A model generated the notes under the pieces. That model was not told the origin of the DNA, ran no database searches, and worked only from the letters and a program-made list of their open reading frames with translations. A stretch of DNA of 64,000 nt from Prorocentrum cordatum (lineage: Eukaryota), in the NCBI GenBank assembly GCA_963575745.1, contig CAUYUJ010000140.1, forward strand, positions 1 through 64,000, written 5' to 3'. Numbering within the stretch: position 1 is the stretch's first letter; each line of letters starts with the position of its first letter. Positions 26,041-37,971 of this stretch are shown here, piece after piece. The position numbers and the translations under genes are program-made.

Positions 26041-29000
26041 ACACCACCCCACCCCACCCCGCCCCGCCCCACCCCACTCCACCCCACCTCCCCCCCATCC
26101 CCACCGCCCCCGCACCCCCCGCGCGTCCTCAACCAAACGAACGCGCGATGTCGCGCGTTCCAGGGCGCCGCCAAGGGCCGCAGACTCCCGCCGCGCCCCG
26201 CGCGCGCGGTGCACGGCGGGGGTTGCCGATGAATAACAAACGCCGCCCCCCCGCGCGAACCCTATCGCCGGCGCCCGCCCTTGACAAAAACATCGCCCCT
26301 GTTTCGCGGCCGCTGCGCCTGGACCGCGACCGCCTGCGCTGGAACGACGAAGCCTGCTCGGATTGCCCGCGGCGCCTGGGCGCCAGCGCCCCGCGCGCGA
26401 AGCGGGATTTGGCGACCCCTGTTTGCCTGGGGTGGCATGCGCGGAGGGCGATTTCACTGCCCCTACCTATTGCGGACTCTTCGGGGCGCCGGGGGCAGCG
26501 CGCGAAATAATTGGGCCTGGCGGGGGGGGGCGGAGCGGGGGGCGCGACGAGCATGAGTGGGGGGCTTTCGCGGGGGGCCGGGCAGGGCCCGAGGCGGACA
26601 GCTCGAACGAGCGAGCGCGACCCAATTGCCCTGCGCCCCTGTTGCGCTGGAAGCACCAGCTGCGCAACGCAACGGGTGGCGGGTCGCGCAGGGCGCTGCC
26701 ACTCTGGCGCGCGAGTTCCACTGGGAGCGAACGCATCCTGGGGCGCACTTGCCAGACTGTGAATGGCTGGGGCGCCTACCATCATAACCCTCATCACCGC
26801 CTTCACACGCCCTCTTCATCCCCCCCCAACCCCTCGCGCCCTCACTTCAAACGCGGCGGGGGGAGCCCGATGACTCCCGCTGTGCCCCACGTGCTCTACA
26901 TGGTGAGGATCGCCAATGAACCGGACAACGGCCGAATGACCCGCCGCGCGACCCCTGGCAGCCATGTCCCTCCTTAACAAAAACCTGCCCCCTTTTTGTG
27001 GCCGCCGCGCTCGCCGCCGCGAACGCCCGGACCCCTCTGGTTATCCCATCCCAGGTCGATGATCTTGCAACGAACGGCGCCTTTCTTGTCAGTCTTGATG
27101 ACGATGAACGCCCAGTTGTCAGCGCCAATCTCTGTGGCCTGAACTCCGCATCTGGCGCACGGCGACAGCTTCTTCGGGATCTCGCCAGCCGCGCCAGGCG
27201 TCGGGGCACCTGCGACGGGCACCAACGCAGGCTGACTCCAACGGTGGGCGCTCGAAGAGACGAGCCCGCACTGACCCCCAACCTCGACCCCGTGCCGAAC
27301 GGCACAGGCCTCACAAGAAGCCATCCCTTGGCCCCAGGACGGTTGCGAAGCTGCGGTGGTTTCAAAAAAACACTCCTCCCTCTTCCATCCCCTCCACTCC
27401 CACCTTCGCCCTCCCCGTGCCGTCGCTGTGCGTCTCTCACTCCTCCAGTTTCCATTCATCATCCCCCCCTCCTGTTCTCTCGACGCTGTGGTTATCATCC
27501 CCCGCCAACCTGCTTTGGGGCCCTTCGCATCTCCTGCCTCCGCCTTCGTCTTCTTGGCGCCCCTGCGGCCCGCCACGACGGAGGCGGCGTCGTCTGGTGT
27601 CGAGCCCGCGGCAGCGTCCTTGCGCTTCATGGCGGAGAGCTCTCGGGCGGCCGCGCAGAAACCAGCCCAACAACACAAAACACAAAAAAAGGCGCCGCCT
27701 CAATAACGAAGAGATCAGCCCGACCCGAAATGGCCGCAGCGAGGACGGGAAAGAGGGGAGTTGGGCAGAGCGCCCGTCCGAGCGAGCCTCGAGGTCGCCC
27801 CAGGGGGCCGCGGGATTGGTTGAGGTGTTTGCAGGGTTGAGCAAGGCCCCCGAGCACGCCCGAGGGGGTCCAAGGTGGCCCCGCGATTTCACTAAGGGCC
27901 ATCAGACTGTCGTGATATCGCTTCCTGGGGGGTTGCCGAGGGCTCTTGGGTGATGCATCGGGGGGAGGGGTGGGGGGGGGGTGGCCTTTTGGGGGCCTGA
28001 GGGTGTTACGAGCCCTCCTCTTCTTCCTCATCCTCCTCCTCCTCCCTCTCCTCATCCTCCTCCTCCTCCTCCTCCTCCTCCTCCTCCTCGTCCTCCCCCT
28101 CCTCCCCCCTTCTCCTCCTCTCCCTCCTCGAGACAAGCCAGCCCCAGGACAGGTCTTTTGGCAACCAGGTGTGTGAGAACGTCGAGAACCAGGGTACACC
28201 AAGAGGGAGGGTGACCCGGATGGGGGGTCAACGTTCGATCGATGGGCGCACCGAAGTGCCCCAGGCATATGCCCCCCGCCTGCCCGCTCTCCCCATCCTC
28301 CCACCCTCCTCTTCCTCCTCCTCATCCTCCTGCTCCTCCTCCTCCCCCTCCTCCCCATCCTCATCACCCTCATCATCCCCCTCCTCATCCTCCTCCTCAT
28401 CCCCCGCTCTCGGGACGTATCGACTGCAAATTCCGACTGATCACCCCTCCCTCTCTCCTTCGCGTTCGTTCGCACCGCGCGGCAACGCGGCGGCGCGCCA
28501 GTCGGAGGCGCCTGGTAGTTCAAGTACTGAACCAGCAGTCGGGAAGGAGGATGATGATGCGGAGGAGGAGGAGGAGGAGAAGGGATGGAGGTGAGGGGGG
28601 TAGGAGGAGGGGGAGGAGGATGGGGGAGGAGGGGGAGGGGGAGGAGGAGGAGGAGGAGGAGGAAGAGGAGAAGGAGGGCGACGGCGTCGGCGACTGCGAC
28701 GCGACGCAGCTGAAGACGACGTCGACGGCGATGGCGACGTCATCGAATGCGACGGCGACGTCGACGGCGGTGGCGACTGCGACGATTCCGATTCCGATTC
28801 CGACGACGACAACAATAGCAAAGGAGGCCGGCGCATGAACCCCATGAAATATTCTGAGACACCGAGCCCTCGATCCAACACAAGCGGCGAGGCAGCACGG
28901 AGGCGGTCGGGCCCGCCTGGAACTTGTGGTCAGGCGGCCGCCAGGCAGCGGCCGAAGGAAGAATGCGGCAGGCAGGACGAACCAACTCCCCTGTCATCCA

Positions 29001-29387
29001 TCATTCGCCCCTGGGCTCTCGTAGACCATCCTTCCCTGCCGCTGTCCTCCCACCCTCTTCCAGCAACATCTTGCGCCCTAGCCCCTTGCACTTCTCCCAC
29101 CATGATGCGCTCGTGTAGCCTACGCGGTGCCCCACCGTGCTTTTGTGCGTTCTACAGCATAGCGCACGTGCCACACATAACACCTCCTCATATATCATCC
29201 CCCTCCTTACACTTCCCCCCACCCTCATGACTTAGAATTTGCCCGTAGTGTTTGAACCCTGGTATTGTTTGTGTCTTCGCTCCTCCTCACCTCTGTGCTC
29301 CTCCCCGTTGCTCATCCCCCCCTCCTAGTACTGGCTGCTGCATCTCAAGGCGCAGAGCGGGCCAGCAGGCTCAGCAAACGCCACCAT

Positions 29388-29723
29388 ACCTGACGAGGCG
29401 GTCCTCGGACTTGGAACTCGAACCCCGGGACGGACTCTGGCCCAGCGGCATGACTGGCGGGAGCGGCAACAACTTCGACAACCTGCCCAGAGCCGTTGGT
29501 GCGGTCTGCGTGCCCTTGTCCTTGGTTTTCTTGATATGGTTCGAGGCCTTGGCGATCGCGGTTTTGATCACGGGGTTCTTACTCTTACCAATCGCAGTGG
29601 CGATGTCCTGAAACGTACGTTCGTACTCTCGTGCCTCCTGCCGCTGGCCTTTCAGGTCTTGTTTCAAAACCATCCTGTCCCAAGAGCTCCCCCCCTCTTC
29701 ATCTTGTGAGGGTCCTTCGGCAT
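29388..29723 (-). pseudogene. Small basic cargo gene fragment, unknown function
   Basis: MPKDPHKMKRGELL.. then, after a frameshift, MVLKQDLKGQRQEAREYERTFQDIATAIGKSKNPVIKTAIAKA. A weak SL-like TGGCTCAAA lies upstream at ~29815. Confidence 0.4.
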
Positions 29724-32448
29724 ACTCTCGTGAGAACTATGCGGGGTGCACTGCAGGAAAGATGCGGAGGGCGCTGCAAGAACGACACGGAAGAATTGCA
29801 ACGGCTAAACCGATTTGAGCCAGAGAACCGCGAACGGAGTGGCGGTACCAACTGATGAACACAGTTGTTTGTGAAAGGCTTGCAAGCAGTGCAACTGCAT
29901 TCATGTAAGCAATACAATACATGCAACAATCACGCACAATACATGAATTGGCCCCAGGAAATGCAATGCACGCACGCAGTACACTTGCAACTTGTCGCTG
30001 GTGCTTCTGCTAACGGTGCGGCACACTGCGTGGTTAGATTGTGTTGGTGTAAATGCGATAATATACCTTCTATCCAAGACTTAGTTGGCACCCCTGAACG
30101 CACTATCGGTTCGCCATACGTTGCGCAACACGCTTGCCAAGTGGGCCCTCTTCCCTCGACCTCCCCCCCGCCTCCCCCACCCCCCCACCCCCCCCCCCCG
30201 CGCGCAACCAAACCGCGCCCCCGCCCCTTGCTCCCGCGCCCCAAGCGCTCCCCACCGCGCCGCGCTGTTGGAAGCTGGTGGGCGGGCTGCGTTGGGTGGT
30301 GCGCGGGGGGTGGGGGGGGTGGGGGGGGGGGGTGGGGGGGGGAGGGGGAGGGGGGGGGGGGGGGGTTTGGTGGGCATGCGAGTGGCGGCTCGGAAGGTTG
30401 CGCGCGTCGGGTGGCCGCTTGGACGGGTGCGTGGGTGCGCGGGTTGCAGGTGGGTCTCGCATGGGTGGTGGGTGGGAGGTGGGTGGGTGGTGGGCGATGG
30501 GTGGGTGGGTGGTGGGTGGACGGGTGGTGGGCGGGCGGTGCGTGGACGGTGGATGGGCGGCGGGCGGGCGGCGGGCGAGCGGCGTGGTGGCGGCTGGTGG
30601 CCAGCGGGCGGTGGGCGGATGGAAGCGCGCGGGCGCGTGGGTTGTGGGCGGGTTGTGGCAGAGGAAAAGCGGCGGGATGGCGGGGGAGGGTGCAATCAGC
30701 AACATGGCCCGCAGCGCAGAGATTCAAAGGCCATCTGGAGAACTGCGGTCCAATCCCCAACCCCTTGAAGAGGGGCACCCCTGCAACACGAACTGCGTTT
30801 TTAACCGAAGCAAAGCTGGTCCCCCAGGTGGGCGCGGAGGGGGCGCATCAGAGGGGCACCCCTGTAACGCCAGGCTGGCGGGCGCGCGCATGGGCGCGTG
30901 GCGGGCGGGCGGTGCGTGGTGGGCGGTTGGGAGGTAGGTGGTGGGTGGGTTGTGGGTGGACGTGGGTGGGCTTAAAGTCGGCGGTGCGGCTGGTGGTCGG
31001 TGCGTTGGTTGCGGTGGGCGGTTATCGAGTGGCGGTTGGGTGGTGCGTTCGTGACGCCCCTAACTCTGCGCGGGCGCCCCCGCCCCGCGCGGGGGGGGCC
31101 CTCGGGCGCCTCCCGACGAGGCCCCGTGCGAGCCGCCGAGGGCTTGGTAGCCCTTACTTCTCTGTTGAAAACCCTATGGGGGCTCTTTTGCCCTCTGTGG
31201 CCCTTCGGTGGAGTCATGGGGTCATTTCGTGGTCCTGCTTGGGGCCTAGGCGTGCTACTGGGCCCAAAGCACAAGGGGGACCACTTTCGGGAAGTGGTGC
31301 CCCTCGTGTTTGTTTGGCGGCGCCCCAAAGCGCGAAGGAACGAATCGCCGCGCCCGCGCGGGCGCGAGGGGTGGCGCGGGCGCCAGGTGCCAGCCCATTA
31401 GAAAGAAGGTTTTAAGCAACGCCTGACTTGCCTGGGCGCGAACACTAAACGATGACGACAGCGGATGCGGCGAATGGGCGCACGACGGATGCCCGACCCC
31501 TGTATGAAAGCACCTTCCACCCTTGTCAGGGGGCACCCCCATGCCCCTGTTAGGCGGCGCGCTGGCGCCCAATCCCCGCCCCCTGCCAGGAGGCACCCTT
31601 GCAGCGCAAAGTGCATGTTTCATTGGTGCGAAACTAGCTCTCCAGGTGGAGGGGCCCCATTGGGGGGGGGCGCAGCTGTAACGCCAGGGTGGCTGCGCAT
31701 GGTGGGTGCGCGGTGGGCGCGCGGCGGGCGGTGGGCTGGCGGTGGGCGGGCGGTCGCGCGTGGCGGGTGGCGGGTGGGTGGCGGGAACGCTGGCGGGCGG
31801 TGGATGGGCGAGTGGCGCACGGGCAATGCGCGGCGGCGGCGGCGCTGCGCACCCCCCCCCCCGCCCCCCGCCCCCACCATATTCCAGCGCCGCAATGTTC
31901 GAAAACCGCGCGGCGGCACCGCGCGCCGCCGCGGCCGCGCAGCTATAAGGCCCCCGTGCCGCGCATGGCCTGGCAAACTAGAGACACCGTTGCCCGCGAA
32001 ATCCGCACCGCCCCGCAGCCGCCCTGCAACCCCTTGTAGATTGCGAAAATTCAAGCCCACATTCCGCGCCACGCGGCCGATGTCTATTGCGGGGGCACTA
32101 CGGATTGGCGGCCGCGCGCCATGCAAACATCGGCGCGAAACTGCATGGCTCCGCGCGAGGAAACCGCTGAAGGCAAGCGGGCGGGCGCGCGCGTCGGACA
32201 AGGCAGAGCGCCGCTAAGCCGCGATCGACCGTCTCGGAGGGCAGCAGCTGACATCCCAGCCCCGACGGTCGCGGCCAAGGCTGCGCGTCCGCGGCTAGCG
32301 CATGCGGCGTTGATCGCCACGGGACAAGCACAGCCGCCTGCATTCAAGCCAGCAGACGCTTGCCGCGCGCTTCCAGCGGCGCCCGCGAGCCCGCGAAGAG
32401 CGCGGTCGCCTGGACTGATCGCAGAGATATCTTGACCACAAACGAAAA

Positions 32449-32701
32449 GACAACTGACATGCTCGCGCTAGCGGTGAGACAATTTTGGGACAAATGAAAA
32501 GACAAATTTGTCCCGCCGAACCCTGGGGGCTAAAAACCGGAGACAAATGTGAGACAACTTTGTCACAAATTTGTCGTTTTGGGACAAATTTGAGACAAAT
32601 TTGTCACAAATTTGTCCCCATGCGAAATCGATGCGGTTTGGATTGTCTCTTGGTTTGTCTCCTCCCGAAAGTCGGATGCAAAATTTGTCTCCGCGATTGT
32701 C
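32449..32701. repeat. Dense cluster of GACAA/TTGTC motifs including GACAAATTTGTC palindromes
   Basis: About 17 motifs in ~250 bp, forming an AT-rich island. Confidence 0.85.
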
Positions 32702-33479
32702 CTGCTGCGCGCGGCCTCGGCTAGTCCGCGCTGCCAACTCGTCCGCTCGCAGCGATCGCCCCCGATGGCCGCGCGCGCGCAGTGCAGCCTCCCGCGCGCG
32801 CCCTCCATGATCGATGTCTTCGCTGACCCCAGGGCTTGACCGACGCGCCGAAGACGCGCCGCGCTCGCGGACGCGGCGCCGACCCCACCCCCCCCCTCCC
32901 CCGAAGCTGCATTCGCCCGTGCCACCCGCCCTCGCGCGACGGCCGAAGAGGTGCGACCACCGCCTCGACCGTCGCCGACGTCGGCAACGCGCGCGGCCTG
33001 CGCGTCGCGGCGAGGCGCCCCCGCCCAGACCGAGCGCGTCGGAGCACGGGCGAAGAAACACGCCGCGCGGCGCGAAACAAACTAACCCACCGACTCCCGC
33101 CCTGAAAAGCGCGGCGCGCGGAGCGGATCGAGACATTGCGACGATCCAGGGGCGCGCTGGGCGAGCAATCGGCCGCCGTCGCCGCGTGCGCCGCGAGGCA
33201 ACTGCGCCCGTCGCCTTACAAAATGAGGGCGTCTCCTCGGCGGCGCGGCGCCGTCAATGCAGAGCCGCGCCGCGGCCGCAAATTGCGCTTGACTTAACAG
33301 TGGGCGCGCGGGTTGCAGCCGCCGCGCGAAGCCGTCGCGACGCCATTGGAGCGGCGCGGTCGTGGTCCAGGGTGCGCAGGCGCGCGCGCGCTGTGCGCGG
33401 CTTGCCGCCGCGACGCGAGCGGCGCGCGCATGCCCCGCTCGCGAGGAGAGAAGGCGCGGCGGGAAATGCAGAGACGGAT

Positions 33480-33703
33480 CATGGAAGGGGGTGCTGAAGA
33501 TGCAACGTGCAACTGGCATCTCGCGGGTTTCCCACCACCACCTGCGCCTCCCAAACAATTGACACTCGGGGCGGCGACAGCCTCGCCCATACATCAAGCT
33601 GCGTGGGAGCGCGGCGTAGAAGGTGAGCGACAAGTTGACGACGGCCAGCGCCAGGTAGACGTAGCCCGCATTGTTGTAGAAGTACAAGAGCTCGGCGGGT
33701 GGC
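33480..33703 (-). pseudogene. Exon-like hydrophobic fragment (decayed cargo gene)
   Basis: ELLYFYNNAGYVYLALAVVNLSLTFYAALPRSLMYG follows a TTCAG acceptor. Confidence 0.3.
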
Positions 33704-34519
33704 CTGAACGCCCGTCGCCGCGAAGTTCGCGACGGCGGGGGGGGCCGCGGCTTCCCCAGTCAACGGCGCATCGTGCCGCGGCGCGCCTCTAGCCCCAGCT
33801 GCCTGGGGCCCTCAGCTGCGGGGGGGGGGGGCGAGGAAGAAGGTTGCAAGGAAGAGGAGGGTTGTTCAACCGTTGCGAGTGCGGGGAGGGGGGGCGCGCG
33901 CGCGGAGGCGCGACGGGCGGCCCAGCGGGGCGAGCCGCGACATCAGGTGACGCGGGGGGCTGAAGTCCACGATGAGACTCACGGGGGATATGCTGCGGGT
34001 GGCAGCCCGCGAGGTCCATGGAGAGCGCGACCGCCGCCCGCCGCCCGAGGCGACGTGGCGGACATGGAATACGGCAAAACGCACCCCCGACAATCGACTT
34101 CGGCGACTGTGCGGCGACCCGAAGGCACAGCCCAAGCCAACAACTGCCTTTGAAGGACCCGACGGAACGGTCGCCAGTTCCCCCGCGGCGTCGGTGCGCC
34201 CATATCGGCTGGGATCTGCGCCGTCGGCGCAGAAGCCCAAGCCAAATTCGCGGCGTCGCAATTTTTCTGCGCATTTACGTTTCCCCCCCCCCCCCCCCCC
34301 ACACCCTCCTTCCTCATCGGCCCTCCCCTGCGCCACTCCTTCCCCCCCCCCTTGCCCGCGCCTGTCGCGGTCGCACCCCCCTTCCCCCCGCCCTCCTGCG
34401 CGCGCGAACCACGCCTCGCTTCTCGGGCATCAGACAACGCGCGGCGCTCGCAACTTTTGTCGCGCGCCCAAACGTACCCGCCCTACCCCCCCCCTGCGCA
34501 ACCCTCCACCCTCTGGGCA

Positions 34520-35021
34520 CGGATATGCGCAGCTGTGGCCGCTATATACCATCATCCAACCAAACCAGCCACTTGCTGCGCCAAACGCCCGACCAAGCTT
34601 CCCAGCCGCGCCCGCCAACCAAACAACCAACCACGGCTAGCACATCTTCGTGCAGCTTCCAATTGGGCAATTGCTGGGCGGTTGGATAGCGCCTGCCTCT
34701 GCCAGCGCGCCGTGGCTGCGACCGCGCGGCGGGCGCCCTTCAACTGCCATCCGTGCCCTACGTGCCGCGCGGATATGCGCAGCTGTGGCCGCTATATACC
34801 ATCAACCAACCAAACCAGCCACTTGCTGCGCCAAACGCCCGACCAAGCTTCCCAGCCGCGCCCGCCAACCAAACAACCAACCACGGCTAGCACATCTTCG
34901 TGCAGCTTCCAATTGGGCAATTGCTGGGCGGTTGGATAGCGCCTGCCTCTGCCAGCGCGCCGCGGCTGCGACCGCGCGGCGGGCGCCCTTCAACTGCCAT
35001 CCGTGCCCTACGTGCCGCGCG
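34520..35021 (+). repeat. 250-bp tandem duplication
   Basis: 34520-34769 versus 34770-35019; two substitutions seen. Confidence 0.95.
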
Positions 35022-37020
35022 TTTCCCCTGGTGGCCCCAGGCAGCGCGCGGCGCCCGCCGCCTCGGGCACGCGCCCCCGTTCCCAAGGGCACCCCCCCAG
35101 GGCGCGGACCAGCGTTGTTGGAGCATTCGTGCGGCCATTGCCGGCCGAACAAGCCAGCCAACCTGCCCGCAACGCAACGGCGCCAATCTTCCCAACCCGC
35201 CAGCCAGCCCACGAGTGGATCACATCTCCGCCCAGCGCTCGCACGGGGCACCTGCTGGAAGGCAAGGCTCGCACAACTAAGGGCGAGCGCGAACATTAGC
35301 GACGACATCGCGAATATTGTCACGAACCTAGTTCCTATTCGGTCGCGTTCTTTGCTGCGTCATTAAAGGTGCTTCACCAATTCAATACAACGCAGCGCAA
35401 TTTCACGTAACGCATCGCCGCGCAAGTTTAAACTCGCTGTTCTTCTCATCGTTCGATTCGCCTTCTTGCTGGTGCCATGCCGTGCAGTGCGTGCAGCCAG
35501 TGTGATGCAGCGTGCTGCATAGTCAGCGCCCGTCCACTAGCTCTTTAGGTGTCCTACTGGTTGCGCCATCGTTGCGTGAACCGCATTGGTGGCGACAAGT
35601 GTCATTTGGTCGGCCCTCCTCCTCCTCCCGCCCTTATCCTAGCTCCGCGGCCATGCGCCTCGCTCCTGATGTGAGTTTACGCTTTCTGCGCTCAGGGTCG
35701 GCCGTCATCCTCCTCCTCCTGATCCCCCCCTGCTCCTCCTCCTCCCGCTCCTCCTCCTCCTGCTCCTCCTCCAACCCCTCACGTGCACTCCCGCTCTCCG
35801 AAACCGACCCTCTCTTCCCCCCCCCCCCCCCAGCTCAGTCTCTCACCCGTCCAAGTCCCATGTGGCGAAGGACCCAGTGTCCCCAGGGCCTGGCCCGCGG
35901 CGCACCTGTGCAAAACCAGCCTTCGAAGGCCTCGGCGGGCCAGCAATAGCGAACGGGCCAACAGGTGGCCACTGATTGATCCCAGGGGTCGCGTCCAAAG
36001 ACCAACGCGGCAACGATTTCGGCGGCACCTCGATGCCCAAACCGTTTTTCCAGCCACAAAGGGGCACGCGCCACACGGGACCTGAAAGCATAAGACGCTG
36101 AACATGAGAGGGGCCGAGATGAATGCTTGGCGGGGGCGGGGGACGGGACCTGGGGGATGCAAGATTCGGGCAATGTGCAAACCCCAAGGGGGCTCCGAGG
36201 GCAATTTTGGAGCGTTTTACTGGCGGGGGCGGGGCGGCCACCCCGCGCCCTGGGAATTGCCAACCATCGCCCGCAAGGCCGAGGCTTCCCGCGACTGCAA
36301 AATGAGGGCAGTCCGTCACTGCTCTGTCTCGGCGTCTGAGTTCGATCCATTCGAATGCGACATCTGGCCACCAGGACAGGTCGGGGGAATGACTGCGCAG
36401 GTGACAGGATCTGCGGGGTTGAGCGGGAGCAGCGGGCAAAAAAAACACCATCTCGATGGCAGCGATCCGTTGCTCCAGCTGCCTGGGCCGAGCGTCTGCA
36501 TCGCTTGCGGGCGGCAGGCGGGCGACGGGCTTGAAATGGAGCGGAACGCCACGCCGCCCGTCGCGACACATGCCCGAACGCTGGAAAGGAAGAGGCCATA
36601 CTCAGGCTGAAGGAAATCCTGATAGAAGAGGAGGGGGGAAGAGGGGGGCGGAGTGGAGGAGGAGGGAAAGGATGCGGATGACACCACAGGGAAGGTGGAG
36701 GATGGCGGTAGGAAGAGTGGCCGTAAGAGGGCTTGGGTCGTGGATGAAGTGGAAGACAGGCAAGGAGAGAAGGATAAGGGGCGGGCGGAGGAAGAGAAGG
36801 ACCGTCGATCCCAAATGGTGCCTCAGGGGGCAAACGAACATATCACAAACAACACGTCACAACATAAAGTGTGTAGCGCAGTGCATTGGGAGTGGCGGTG
36901 CAAAGGATCGGGTGGCATGCACCTCCTCACTCAACCACGGCGGCAGCTGCAAAAAACTGCTCCTATTGCGAGACCTCGGGCGTTGTCCGCCCCGCTTGGC
37001 GTGCAAACTGTCGGGGTGTG

Positions 37021-37063
<43 letters not shown>

Positions 37064-37971
37064 CTCATGTCGTTCGCGCGGCGGCCCTGGACAACGTTGT
37101 TCGGTATATGGTAGGGCGGGCGGTGACAGGTTCGTTTGTGCCTGGAGCCCAACGGACAGACACTTGCAAGACATGGGCGGGACTGTTGGTAAGGCGTGCA
37201 GGGGTAGGCATTTTGAGCAGCGCAGGGCGGCGCCATGAGATCAGGAGGGGGCCCACGGGAATACGCAGCGCCTCACCCACCTACCATTAACACAGGGGGC
37301 GGGTGCTATCCTGTCCCCAACGTAGCGCCACCGCGGGCGCAGTTGGAGCCGTCCCCCCATCCCCCTGCCAGGTTGCAAACTTCGGTCCGTCCCAAAATTG
37401 CAGGTCGGGGTTCGGTGCCCTGGGCCGCGGATCGCGGGTGGGCGGGGTCGCGGACCAACCCCCTCAAGCGTTGAACATCCCAGAAGAGGCCAGGGGGAGG
37501 GCGATGGAACGAGAGTGGCGATGACGAAGAGGGTATCGGAGAGGGAAGGGCGGGGGAGGCAGAGAGGCCGAGGATGCACATGCGATTGCGTGAGGAGGGG
37601 GGACACGGCGGGCACAATCGGAAGGCGTACGATAATGCAGACGCGGAAGAGCACGATGCAGACAATTGGAATTGCCGACGGTGAGGGTTAGAGGGGCAGG
37701 ATGGGGAGGGCGGCAGGTGAAACATGATATACCACGGCCTTTCCAAGCTTTTGTTTGCGCGGGGTGGGGTGTCGGGCGGGCAGACCCCATCATTTCAGGC
37801 GCCGCGCGGCCCCGCCAACAAGACGTGCCACTTACTTCGTCGCCCCCCTTGCACCTTCCTTCCTCCCCGCTGCTCCTCGCTCCTCCAGGTAATCCTCCTC
37901 TTCCTGTTCCTAGTCGCCACTCAACGCTACATTGCGTTGCCTGTCACAGCAAGTTGTCTGAAACACAATGC

